Virus genome (UHGV): UHGV-0361696
Source of the DNA: a virus
DNA length: 45,633 nucleotides
Direction: 5' to 3' (one strand)
Positions 1 to 8,327 of this stretch are shown here, in pieces. The notes under the pieces are model-generated. The model did not search any database and had not been told where the DNA came from. It saw nothing but the letters and a program-made list of their open reading frames with translations. Numbering within the stretch: the first letter of the stretch is position 1; every line of letters starts with the position of its first letter. The translations under genes were made by a program, and so were the position numbers.

Positions 1-2
1 AT

Positions 3-122
3 GCGCTGACTGGCGAAGCACTTCGTGAAACCTATGCGCTCACCAGTAAAGCGGCTCCGATTTCCGGCGGGTTCCAGCCGAACCGTGCCGAAGAAGATTT
101 TGATATGGAGGCACCTGAATAA
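3..122 (+). CDS. 3' end of scaffold/prohead-protease-like ORF that begins at 44355 and wraps across the window junction (partial)
   Basis: The ORF running off the end at 45633 is 1 nt into a codon. Position 45633 plus positions 1-2 complete that codon, and the frame then runs to TAA at 120-122, overlapping the next ATG (TAATG). Confidence 0.45.
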   Translation, partial: ALTGEALRETYALTSKAAPISGGFQPNRAEEDFDMEAPE

Positions 123-589
123 TGGCTACTATCCGTTATGGCACCATCATCGGCGGCCCGGCCCGCAAAAATGACCCGCAGTTGCGCGAAGGTCTGATGA
201 ACGTCGCTCTGCAACCGGGCGCGCTGGTAACTTTTAACGATGACGACAAAATCATCGCGCACGATACCGATGGCGGTCATGGTTTCCCTTACGTACTTCA
301 GCATAACTACCTCGGTGGTGGTGATGCATCTGAAGATGTTCCCGCTGGCGCTACTGGCATGGCTGTGCAGTGTGAATTTGGCGTCACCTATCACGCACTG
401 GTTGCTAAATCTTCCGAACTGAAGAAAGGCACTCCGCTGGCAAGCGATGGCGCAGGGGCGCTGAAAGTTGCCGCTAATAAGGATAATATCCTGTTCTATT
501 CCTGTGAAACTTACACCGTTGCCTCTGATGGCGCTGAACTCGTTGCAGTTCGTCGTGCCGGCAATGCTGCAATGCCTGCTGGAGCTTAA
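122..589 (+). CDS. head decoration protein (putative)
   Basis: 155-aa Gly/Ala-rich ORF immediately upstream of and translationally coupled to the major capsid gene. Assignment rests on synteny. Confidence 0.45.
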   Translation: MATIRYGTIIGGPARKNDPQLREGLMNVALQPGALVTFNDDDKIIAHDTDGGHGFPYVLQHNYLGGGDASEDVPAGATGMAVQCEFGVTYHALVAKSSELKKGTPLASDGAGALKVAANKDNILFYSCETYTVASDGAELVAVRRAGNAAMPAGA

Positions 590-591
590 TA

Positions 592-1665
592 ATGGAAAAG
601 ATTATTTTTACCAAAGACTTGGTAGCCAACTCCGCAGTGGTGGCTGACCAGTGGAAACATCTCACCATCGACCGTAAGGTGTTCTGCAATGCAGAAGCTG
701 AACTGGCGAAAACCTACGGTGTTAACGCCACCGCACTGGTAACGAAAGATTACTGGCGCGACGTGGATAACGTCACCACCCGCGTTTTCCGCAACGAAGC
801 TGGTCAGGATATGATGGCTGACCTGATGGGTATCGCGGCAAACATCAACATCGGTAAGACCGTGGCAATTAGTCGCATTGCTTCCGATGCTGGTAAGGTC
901 GTCCGCACCCTGTCTGGTCAGGAACCGGAAGATTTGGATAAAACTCGCTACGATTACACTGGCGATGTGATTCCAATCTTTAAGACTGGATACAGCCGCG
1001 AATGGCGCGAACTGCTGGGTATGCAATCTGAAGGTTTTGACCCGCTGCTGGATGACCAGGCTAACGTCACCTTCAACCTGCGTTCCGACATGGCGCAGTA
1101 CCTGCTGACCGGCGACCGGACTCTGAACGTGAACGGCGTGTACACTGGTTACGGTATCACCAACCACCCGAACACCATTCAGGTTAACCTGAGCACCGAT
1201 TCCCCCGGCCTGAATATCGACCTGCAAACCGCAACGCCAGATAAAATCGTGACCTTCTTCAATCAGGATTTCCAGGCTATTCTGGATGCGCAGAACGTAT
1301 TTGAGCAGGTGACTCTGTGGGTTTCCCCGGCAGTGCGCCGCAGCTTCATGCGTCCGTATTCTGATGCGGCCGGTTTCAAAGGCGGCACTGTTGAGCAGTA
1401 CATCACGCAGTTCGGCAATGGTCGCATCGGCAAGATTGGCACCAACTTCCTGCTGACTGGTAACCATTTCGTGGGCTACGTTCGTAACGAAATGTACATC
1501 CGTCCGCGCGTTGCTCAGCCTGTTTCCACCTATGCGGCAGCCCGTGACAATCCGCACGATAACTTTAACTTTATGGTGTGGTCAGCTTTCGGTTTGCAAA
1601 TCCGTAAGGATTTCAATGGTCGAAGCAAAGTTTTCAACGGCTACGGCACGCAAACTCCGCGGTAA
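592..1665 (+). CDS. major capsid protein (putative)
   Basis: 357-aa ORF between a scaffold-like gene and a strong intrinsic terminator. Position and size are typical of siphovirus MCPs. Confidence 0.6.
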   Translation: MEKIIFTKDLVANSAVVADQWKHLTIDRKVFCNAEAELAKTYGVNATALVTKDYWRDVDNVTTRVFRNEAGQDMMADLMGIAANINIGKTVAISRIASDAGKVVRTLSGQEPEDLDKTRYDYTGDVIPIFKTGYSREWRELLGMQSEGFDPLLDDQANVTFNLRSDMAQYLLTGDRTLNVNGVYTGYGITNHPNTIQVNLSTDSPGLNIDLQTATPDKIVTFFNQDFQAILDAQNVFEQVTLWVSPAVRRSFMRPYSDAAGFKGGTVEQYITQFGNGRIGKIGTNFLLTGNHFVGYVRNEMYIRPRVAQPVSTYAAARDNPHDNFNFMVWSAFGLQIRKDFNGRSKVFNGYGTQTPR

Positions 1666-1692
1666 TAAAAAAGGGGCGAAAGCCCCTTTATA
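1666..1692 (+). terminator. rho-independent terminator after capsid gene
   Basis: Hairpin GGGGCGAAAGCCCC followed by a T-rich tract. Confidence 0.6.
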
Positions 1693-1708
1693 ACCATTAG
1701 AGGCCACC

Positions 1709-2083
1709 ATGAGCAATAAAGACATCGAGCAGGAAATCCAAGACAAAGGATTAACAGCGCCACGCATCACTCCACAGCACATTCAGTCACTCATTGCTGG
1801 TGAGTATTATTTTACGGCGGCAGACGGCGTACAGCATTCGATGCACAAGCAGGATGAGCTAACCAGTCTCGTTGGTCCACATAGAGAAATTGAATTCCTT
1901 ACCTTTTGTGTCTTGGTATTGAAAAATGGATTCACAGTCACAGGTGAAAGCGCCTGCGCTAGCCCTGAAAATTTCGATGCTGAAATTGGTCGCAAGATTG
2001 CGCGCGAAAATGCGGTTAACAAAATTTGGATGCTGGAAGGATACCTACTTAAACAGCGTCTTTCGGAGGTAAATAATGGCTAA
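1709..2083 (+). CDS. hypothetical protein (124 aa)
   Basis: ORF with an RBS-like GGAGG context immediately after the capsid terminator. Confidence 0.5.
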   Translation: MSNKDIEQEIQDKGLTAPRITPQHIQSLIAGEYYFTAADGVQHSMHKQDELTSLVGPHREIEFLTFCVLVLKNGFTVTGESACASPENFDAEIGRKIARENAVNKIWMLEGYLLKQRLSEVNNG

Positions 2084-2273
2084 ATACGAAGTGATCGCAC
2101 GAGGAATCTTTGTAAAAGAGAAAGGCAAGATTCGTGAATTGCAGCTTGGCGAGGTGATTACCGAACCAGACGAGCATCTGCTACCAAAACTGCGCATCAT
2201 GCCAGAGCTGGAAAAGTCTTTTGAAGTCGCAACACCACAAGAAAAGACGACAAAGAAAAAGAAAGCAGAGTAA
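2076..2273 (+). CDS. hypothetical protein (65 aa), Lys-rich C-terminus
   Basis: Start overlaps the preceding ORF. A terminator follows. Confidence 0.45.
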   Translation: MAKYEVIARGIFVKEKGKIRELQLGEVITEPDEHLLPKLRIMPELEKSFEVATPQEKTTKKKKAE

Positions 2274-2280
2274 ACTATAA

Positions 2281-2303
2281 CCCGCAAATGTGCGGGTTTT
2301 TTA
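2281..2303 (+). terminator. rho-independent terminator
   Basis: CCCGCAAATGTGCGGG followed by TTTTTT. Confidence 0.55.
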
Positions 2304-2382
2304 TTGGGGTTTCTATGGACGCAAGATGCGACAAATTTACCGCGCGAAAGATGATGATGCTTATCTTCCGTGATAAAAGAAA

Positions 2383-2404
2383 AGCCCCGGAAGGGGCTTA
2401 TTTT
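2383..2404. terminator. bidirectional terminator closing the minus-strand operon 4675->2403
   Basis: AGCCCCGGAAGGGGCT hairpin flanked by T-runs on both strands. Confidence 0.5.
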
Positions 2405-2591
2405 AACATGCAGATGCGGTCCAGTAATCGCCATAATCATTTACGTAATACTTGGTTAAACCAACCCATCCGCCACGCCTACACATTGCTTTAAACCTTT
2501 TCATGACCTGACTTTTTGTCAGGGTTATTACGTTGCCGTTTCCATCTCTCACAAAATCACCGCCAGATTTGTATGGTTTCTTTTCCATCAA
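2403..2591 (-). CDS. hypothetical protein (62 aa)
   Basis: Last gene of the minus operon. Overlaps the upstream gene by 4 nt. Confidence 0.4.
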   Translation of the reverse strand: MMEKKPYKSGGDFVRDGNGNVITLTKSQVMKRFKAMCRRGGWVGLTKYYVNDYGDYWTASAC

Positions 2592-3127
2592 TCAATCCTC
2601 ATCGGCATAACAATAACTTTGACATTCTCGCCAGTAGGCGCACTGATGTTTGCGACGGCGGCGTTGATGTTGCCGTTCAGTTCAAAGCGCACGCTTTTAT
2701 ATTTAGGGTTAAACAGCTTCGCCAGCTTCTCTACGTCTGCCAGATATTTGGCGTTGAAGCCGATTTGCTCTGTTGCCGCTGTCTGCTTTGGGATGGCACT
2801 ATCAATGTCAGGGAATCGGCCATTAATCTCAGAGCAGATACCTGCGCCTACCATGATTTCATGCTCGTCATGGTAAGTAACAATACCTGTTTTGGTGTCC
2901 AGTAGAGCATACGCATAACGCTTAGTTGGCGACTTGCTGACAGAAACGATAACGTTATCTTTCAATTTATTTTCATGCTTACTGGCAATCATGGCGCGAT
3001 GACCGTCAGTAGCGGCAACTCGACCATCAGGCATAAAGCAAATGCCATTCAGGTAATAGCGAACATCCTGTTTGGCCTGGAACATCAACGCGCCTTCAAG
3101 AAGTAACTTGCTGATTTTTAATTTCAT
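2588..3127 (-). CDS. truncated DNA polymerase III beta-clamp (DnaN) homologue, domain II plus partial domain III, no domain I
   Basis: Translation contains QDVRYYLNG...ATDGHR, GRFPD, IGFN and C-terminal VIVMPMRI. These are near-identical to E. coli DnaN domain II/III segments (QDVRYYLNG, ATDGHRL, GRFPD, IGFN, VVMPMRL) as recalled from memory. The product is 179 aa from the ATG at 3127, against about 366 aa for a real clamp. Confidence 0.65.
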   Translation of the reverse strand: MKLKISKLLLEGALMFQAKQDVRYYLNGICFMPDGRVAATDGHRAMIASKHENKLKDNVIVSVSKSPTKRYAYALLDTKTGIVTYHDEHEIMVGAGICSEINGRFPDIDSAIPKQTAATEQIGFNAKYLADVEKLAKLFNPKYKSVRFELNGNINAAVANISAPTGENVKVIVMPMRID

Positions 3128-3300
3128 CACTTCACCTTTATCATGTGTTGCTTTGCAACCTTCAGGCATTCATCGAAAATCTTGCCTTTCTTTTCACTCT
3201 GGTTGCGCATGTAGTGGGTAATTGCAGCCTCTATGGCCGCGTTGTCGATGCCTGGCAGTTTTTCGCGCAGGTTTTTCTCTATGAATTGTTCGGGGTTCAT
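3127..3300 (-). CDS. hypothetical protein (57 aa)
   Basis: ATG at 3300. Its stop overlaps the ATG of the clamp-like gene (TGATG). Not in the ORF track because it is under 60 aa. Confidence 0.35.
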   Translation of the reverse strand: MNPEQFIEKNLREKLPGIDNAAIEAAITHYMRNQSEKKGKIFDECLKVAKQHMIKVK

Positions 3301-3436
3301 TATTTAACCTTTTTAGAATCATGATCGCAGCCAATCATTTGATGAAAAACCCACGGAGCAAATCGACCAAGACCTATTCCAGTGCGCTCGCTTATGCTCC
3401 ATACAGCAGCCCACAGCATGCGCCAGATGTTAATCA

Positions 3437-4252
3437 TCACAACTTCTCCAGAATAGCCAGAACTTCACTTAACTCAGCGGAAGGAAGGCGCAAAAATTCT
3501 TCTGTTTCCTGTGCCACGTGGCCCTCAGCGACAACCATGTGATCTGCTTCTTTCAGCAACTGAATCAGGCGGTCAATCGGTTTAACTTTTTTTGCCTTGA
3601 GCGTTTTCGCCGTCACCTTATCCTTGCCCTGCGCTTTCGCTTCCTCAACGGCAGCATCAATAACGTTAACGGCATCATCTCCATGCTCGCGCGCCACTGC
3701 AACAGCGTTGGCATAGCTGATTTGGCCTGCGTTGATACGTTGCTTGATGGCATCAGGTACGTCACCAAGTGACAGGTGCATCTGCACATCAGAAACTGAG
3801 CGACCGACCTTCCTGGCGATTTCTTCATTCGTCCACCCGAACCCTTTCAGGCGCACATACGCCTTTGCACGCTCAAGCGGGTCGAGTTGCTTACCCTGAC
3901 TGGATGACACCATGAAGGCGATTTTATCCGCTTCATCGCCGGTGAAGTCTTTGCACTCAATGCGCGCAATTGGTACGCCGCGCTCAATAGCTCGCAGCGC
4001 GCCAAGATAACGATGCTGGCCGTCAAGAATCTTAATGCGCTTTCCGGCAGCATCAGGAATAACAGTTAACGCCGGGATTGGCTGTCCTGATTCCCAGCAC
4101 TGCGCGAAGTATTCAACGTGCTGCTCATCGGCTTCGCGGATGTTGTACCCCGGCTCAAGATAAAGCTGGTCGACAGGAACCTGATAACCTTTGTTGACCA
4201 CGATTCCGCCGCGAGTTTCTTTGTCTGAGTAAATTTTTCCGAGAGATGTCAT
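3437..4252 (-). CDS. ParB-like nuclease domain protein
   Basis: ILDGQHRY motif (ParB/Srx fold) plus a helix-turn-helix-like middle region. Start chosen at MTSLG with a GAGGA RBS. Confidence 0.6.
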   Translation of the reverse strand: MTSLGKIYSDKETRGGIVVNKGYQVPVDQLYLEPGYNIREADEQHVEYFAQCWESGQPIPALTVIPDAAGKRIKILDGQHRYLGALRAIERGVPIARIECKDFTGDEADKIAFMVSSSQGKQLDPLERAKAYVRLKGFGWTNEEIARKVGRSVSDVQMHLSLGDVPDAIKQRINAGQISYANAVAVAREHGDDAVNVIDAAVEEAKAQGKDKVTAKTLKAKKVKPIDRLIQLLKEADHMVVAEGHVAQETEEFLRLPSAELSEVLAILEKL

Positions 4253-4372
4253 CTTTTCCTCACTTTGATAAACAGATTGCGCTGGCAATGGCGAATCCGA
4301 TAACGATTAATGCCAGCTTTATTTTGAACTTATCCCACGCTTTCAGGTCTTCTTTGCGGATTTCGTGGCGGA

Positions 4373-4675
4373 TCATTGTGATTCTCCGATGGCTTTAGCA
4401 ATTGCGGCATAAGCCTTGCTCAAAGCAGTGGCATTCCTTTTTGTTGGCGTAGTGAAGACTACAAGCATCTCCAGAGCCTCCAGCAATTCCGGTGCTGCGG
4501 CCATCATTCGTTGGTTGGCAATTTGAACCTCAACTTCAGGGTCAAACTCAACCCAGCCGACAGGAATAATCATTCCATAAGACTGGTCGTCCTCTGTTGA
4601 TTTTGGCCCTATTGCCCTGCCGTTATCTATAAACCACGGCCCCGGCGTACCTTTAAATTCTTTCATCTTCATCAC
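4373..4675 (-). CDS. hypothetical protein (100 aa), first gene of minus operon
   Basis: ORF directly downstream of a TTGACG-17-TATAGT promoter. Confidence 0.5.
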   Translation of the reverse strand: MMKMKEFKGTPGPWFIDNGRAIGPKSTEDDQSYGMIIPVGWVEFDPEVEVQIANQRMMAAAPELLEALEMLVVFTTPTKRNATALSKAYAAIAKAIGESQ

Positions 4676-4706
4676 CTATAAAATTTATTGTTGTTTCTAC
4701 GTCATC

Positions 4707-4735
4707 ACTATAGCGGCACCCTCAATCTACGTCAA
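4707..4735 (-). promoter_or_regulatory. sigma70-like promoter TTGACG-17 nt-TATAGT containing the recurring TTGACGTAGATTGAG motif
   Basis: Reverse complement of 4707-4735 reads TTGACGTAGATTGAGGGTGCCGCTATAGT. It is almost identical to the plus-strand promoter at 28296-28324. Confidence 0.5.
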
Positions 4736-4896
4736 CACTTTATGATAAAATTAAACCAACAACACTCAACCCGCGCTGTTCCGTCCTGAAAAACGTAAGG
4801 CGGCGAAATTGGATATAGCAATCGGCGTTATCGTCATGGCGCTTTCGCTGGTTCAGGTGTACAGATGCTGGAAGTTCATCATTCGGAGAATAATTA

Positions 4897-5184
4897 ATGA
4901 GAGACGCGCTTCAGCACGCCGCAAACCAGATAATTAGTGGCACTGTCGGCCAGGTAATCGACAAAGCCGGTTATACATCCATCGGTACAGGTCTTGGCCT
5001 GAAGGTGGCAGAGCAGACGCCGGTCGCACAATCATACATTGCCTCAATGATCCCCCATTCGATTACCGAGTGGGCAGCGGTAGCCTCTATACTTGGCGCA
5101 CTGTCACTGGTGACAAAAAACCTTTTTGAGATGTGGTGGAAGATTCGGGAGAGCAAAAAGAATGGCAGCACCGACAGCAAGTGA
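4897..5184 (+). CDS. hypothetical membrane protein (95 aa)
   Basis: C-terminal hydrophobic segment. First gene after the divergent promoter region. Confidence 0.45.
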   Translation: MRDALQHAANQIISGTVGQVIDKAGYTSIGTGLGLKVAEQTPVAQSYIASMIPHSITEWAAVASILGALSLVTKNLFEMWWKIRESKKNGSTDSK

Positions 5185-5554
5185 ACTTGTCGCCGCCATG
5201 GCGTCAAGAGGCGTAACTATCACCACGGCAGACGCAACGGGCATCCTGTGTCTGGTGGCGAGCATCACAGAGTGTCTTGAGCTTAATTACCCTGAAGACA
5301 CATGCAGGCAGGATGCAATTCTGCTATGGGCATCTATCCTGATCGCCTCAAACACCGCCGGGAGATACATCACCAGCCACCGTTCGCCATCTGGTGCCTC
5401 GCAGTCATTTGGCTATGGCAGTAAGCCGTGGATGGCTCTTTACAATCAGATGAAACTACTGGATACGGCAGACTGCACAGGCGACCTTGTGGAAGAGCCT
5501 GATGGGGCAGCAAAGCCGTGGTTTCGTGTTGTCACCGGGAGTAAGTGCAGATGA
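5162..5554 (+). CDS. hypothetical protein (head-tail joining region)
   Basis: ATG at 5162 with RBS GAGAGCAAAAAG. Overlaps the previous ORF. Confidence 0.4.
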   Translation: MAAPTASELVAAMASRGVTITTADATGILCLVASITECLELNYPEDTCRQDAILLWASILIASNTAGRYITSHRSPSGASQSFGYGSKPWMALYNQMKLLDTADCTGDLVEEPDGAAKPWFRVVTGSKCR

Positions 5555-5672
5555 AAACGTCAACATTAACTGTAAATATCGCAATCCGTAAATGGTGCAT
5601 GCCGTTGCTGGTTATTCTGGTATTGCTGCGCCTTCCTGTTCCGCGCTGGGTTTATACTCTTGAGGCCGCGCC

Positions 5673-6017
5673 ATGTCAGCAATAGCGAGATGGAGCTATA
5701 CGCAGCCATGCACAATCTGGCGGCTTACTGGCAAGGATAAGTATGGCAAGCCAACATTCGCCGCGCCAGAATCCATCATGTGTGATTATGGCTTCGATAA
5801 GAATCTGACCACCGGCACAGTTGGCAATGAGATTGCACAGAAAAACACATTCTGGACGGAATACCAGGATGCGTCTGTTGGCGACTTCATCATGCTTGGC
5901 ACCATTACCAGTGCTGACCCTTTGGCTGCCGGAGCTGACCAGATTAGAAACGTCGTGAATTACGGCAATACGCTGGACCGCAATGACCTGCCTGATTTTG
6001 CGCTAGTAACGGGGTAA
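5673..6017 (+). CDS. hypothetical structural protein (114 aa)
   Basis: Tightly packed ORF in the head-tail connector region. Confidence 0.45.
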   Translation: MSAIARWSYTQPCTIWRLTGKDKYGKPTFAAPESIMCDYGFDKNLTTGTVGNEIAQKNTFWTEYQDASVGDFIMLGTITSADPLAAGADQIRNVVNYGNTLDRNDLPDFALVTG

Positions 6018-6020
6018 TGT

Positions 6021-6437
6021 ATGGCCGCCAAAATGCGAGGTATCCAGCAGGCGATTAAGCGCACCCAGCAGATAGTCGGTGAGATTACTGGTGAGAAGGC
6101 GGTATCAGCAATAAAAGCCGCCAACTACATCATCAGGACTGAATCGGCCTCCATGACGCCAGTAGCCACGTCAACGCTGATAAATAGCCAGTATGACACC
6201 GTTGAGGTTAATGGCACTCGCATAACTGGCAAGATTGGGTATTCCGCTAATTACGCCCTGTATGTCCATAATGCACCAGGTAAACTGCTTGGCACGAATA
6301 CGCCGCGCACAGGGCGGCTCAAAGGAAAGGGCAACGTATGGGATAAGAGCGGCGAGCCCAAATTCCTTCTCAAGGCTGGCGAAAACACACGTGAACTTGT
6401 CGATCAGGTAATTAAAAAAGAGATGACGCTAAAATGA
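6021..6437 (+). CDS. hypothetical structural protein (138 aa), neck/tail-completion candidate
   Basis: Lies between head and tail genes. Translationally coupled to its neighbours. Confidence 0.45.
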   Translation: MAAKMRGIQQAIKRTQQIVGEITGEKAVSAIKAANYIIRTESASMTPVATSTLINSQYDTVEVNGTRITGKIGYSANYALYVHNAPGKLLGTNTPRTGRLKGKGNVWDKSGEPKFLLKAGENTRELVDQVIKKEMTLK

Positions 6438-6817
6438 GAGATATGCTTGAGCTTGTTGACCAGTACCTTAGCGATGCCGGTCTTTATGATGGGTGGACTT
6501 CTCAGCTTGAGTTCTGGAACGATACCGAAGTTGGCACAGATCGGTTTATGGTGCTGCAATCCAATGGCGGTACGAACGTAAGCAAAGACCTCAGCAATGA
6601 TTATTATTTTTCGCTCTATGTTGTCGGCCAGCAGGGTCAGTACAACATCGAGGAAACAAAAGCAAAAGCGCTTGATGTCATCGCATACATCAAAGAGCAT
6701 CCCGTTGATAGTTGTATTGGCATGATTCAGTTGCAGGCGCCGCTTGGTCGCCCTACGCTTACAACAGAGAAAAGGCCTGTTTATGAGTTGTTGCTGAGGG
6801 TTGTTTTTGGTGAATAA
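6434..6817 (+). CDS. hypothetical structural protein (127 aa)
   Basis: ATGA overlap with the previous gene. Followed by a terminator. Confidence 0.45.
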   Translation: MRDMLELVDQYLSDAGLYDGWTSQLEFWNDTEVGTDRFMVLQSNGGTNVSKDLSNDYYFSLYVVGQQGQYNIEETKAKALDVIAYIKEHPVDSCIGMIQLQAPLGRPTLTTEKRPVYELLLRVVFGE

Positions 6818-6818
6818 A

Positions 6819-6850
6819 AAAGGCCGCTGATGCGGCCCATTGTTTTTACT
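6819..6850. terminator. bidirectional terminator
   Basis: GGCCGCTGATGCGGCC hairpin with T-runs on both strands. Confidence 0.55.
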
Positions 6851-6944
6851 TAGGAAGAACTTTTTGCGCCTGTTCTTCCTTGATGAATCCCGCCTCAACC
6901 ATCTTGTTGAGGTCTTCCTTGATTGCTTTGAGAATGTTTGACAT
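6846..6944 (-). CDS. small peptide (32 aa) downstream of tRNAs
   Basis: Strong RBS GAGGTGAAAATG. Translation MSNILKAIKEDLNKMVEAGFIKEEQAQKVLPK. Ends at the bidirectional terminator. Confidence 0.35.
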   Translation of the reverse strand: MSNILKAIKEDLNKMVEAGFIKEEQAQKVLPK

Positions 6945-6963
6945 TTTCACCTCTTTTTAATGT

Positions 6964-7039
6964 TGGTTCCCGCGACAGGATTCGAACCTGTAATCATCCG
7001 ATTATGAGTCGGGTGCTTTAACCAGTTAAGCTAAACGGG
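6964..7039 (-). tRNA. tRNA-Met (anticodon CAT; could be tRNA-Ile2 if lysidinylated)
   Basis: Cloverleaf: acceptor TCCCGTT/CGCGGGA, D-stem GCTT/AAGC, anticodon loop CTCATAA, T-arm ACAGG-TTCGAAT-CCTGT, encoded CCA. Confidence 0.75.
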
Positions 7040-7043
7040 AATT

Positions 7044-7120
7044 TGGTGCACCATACTGGATTCGAACCAGTTACCGATTGCTTAGAAGGCAATTGCTCTA
7101 TCCTGATGAGCTAATGGTGC
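7044..7120 (-). tRNA. tRNA-Arg (anticodon TCT)
   Basis: Perfect 7-bp acceptor GCACCAT/ATGGTGC, D-stem GCTC/GAGC, anticodon stem ATTGC/GCAAT with loop CTTCTAA, T-arm ACTGG-TTCGAAT-CCAGT, encoded CCA. Confidence 0.8.
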
Positions 7121-7489
7121 GTTGTGTTGTGTTGCGGTGGCTGAAGTCGCGTTGTTGCCGTCCCCATATAACCCGGCTCAAGGGTTTTGATGTCCCCGAT
7201 TCATCAGTACTGTCATCTTGCACTTCACCACAACGGAAAGAGCACTTCCGCATTCGTCGTCTGGTGCGGTGCGGAGCTTTGTTAATCCAGTCAATGCTCT
7301 TACCTGTTGTGTGCCCTGATTTATTAATCACATCTCAGGGCCGCAATGCGCCGAATTCATTGACAAGGAGTCGGAAGACCTTGCTGGTGTTTAGCCGCTA
7401 GGCTACTGCCAGATACATTTCTTCGTTTGCATTTATCTTTGTGGTCAGTTTCTAAAAAAGCGCAAAGTCGCTTACGAAAACTATCTGCC

Positions 7490-7532
7490 ATTTAATCTAC
7501 ACTACCAACAAAACCTGTCAACATGATATAAT
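7490..7532 (+). promoter_or_regulatory. promoter with extended -10 (TGATATAAT) for the tail gene block
   Basis: AATCTACAC...CCTGTCAACATGATATAAT. Near-duplicate of the promoter at 9021-9062. Confidence 0.45.
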
Positions 7533-7566
7533 GCGATTGTTTAGCTAAACACAGAGGATTCTAAAC

Positions 7567-8325
7567 ATGGCTATTTGTGCAAATGATAACGGCATCATCA
7601 CAGGTCGCCAGTCGCTCATTGAGCTGGCTGATGGCTGCTGGGATGCTGTGCCAGCAGAGGAAGACTGGAAGTTTTTTGCTCCCATGACCTCAAAAGGCGT
7701 CGACTTCAGCCCAAGCACCACTACCTCAGAGGCTGATGATGGCGATGGCTTTGTTGCTACGCTGGTCACTACCGCAGACCTCACCATTTCTGGTGATTTT
7801 GAAGTTCGCAAGGCTGACAAGGCTGATGAGTATGGCGTGCACAACCTCATCAAATACTTTGCCACCGAAGTAAAAGCGCGTCGCCAGCCGTCACTGTGGG
7901 TTCGTCAGACAACCGGAAATACCGTTGTCGTGGCCTACTGCAACATCACCGCGCTAAGCTATGATGGCGGCACCAACGACATCATTACCGGCTCAGTTGA
8001 ATTCAAGCCTTATGATGGCTCTACCGTTGACGTGTCCAGCATCGAAGATTTGACGCTGACTACTGATATCAGCGAAACCAAAAGCGTTGCTACTGACGAC
8101 ACTCTGACGCTCGGTCCGGTGGTTGCGGCTGGCGGTGTCGAGCCTTATACCTACCAATGGTATAAAGGAACTTCGCCGATCAGCAGTGCTACTACCGACA
8201 CGTTCACCAAGGCCGCTGCCGCCGCAGGTGATGCTGGTACGTACTTCTGCCGCGTGATGGATTCGGCAACCAGTCCTGATTACGTTGACTCCACCAAGTG
8301 TGTTGTTACCGTTACGGCGTCATAA
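7567..8325 (+). CDS. major tail protein with C-terminal Ig-like domain
   Basis: 252-aa ORF. The C-terminal segment (PYTYQWYKG...GTYFCRV...) is Ig-like (Big_2/I-set-like), as in T1-like major tail proteins. Followed by a strong terminator. Confidence 0.6.
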   Translation: MAICANDNGIITGRQSLIELADGCWDAVPAEEDWKFFAPMTSKGVDFSPSTTTSEADDGDGFVATLVTTADLTISGDFEVRKADKADEYGVHNLIKYFATEVKARRQPSLWVRQTTGNTVVVAYCNITALSYDGGTNDIITGSVEFKPYDGSTVDVSSIEDLTLTTDISETKSVATDDTLTLGPVVAAGGVEPYTYQWYKGTSPISSATTDTFTKAAAAAGDAGTYFCRVMDSATSPDYVDSTKCVVTVTAS

Positions 8326-8327
8326 AG

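Noticed and set aside
5551-5685. 44-aa hydrophobic ORF ([33 protein letters not shown]...) between 5554 and 5673
   Set aside because: Weak RBS, and it overlaps neighbours. It could be real but evidence is insufficient, so it is not listed as a feature.
7078-7401. Tool ORFs 7078-7401 (+) and 7098-7331 (-) in the region upstream of the tail genes
   Set aside because: They overlap the tRNA-Arg gene, have no RBS, and their composition looks non-coding (basic, Arg/Cys-rich). Treated as spurious.
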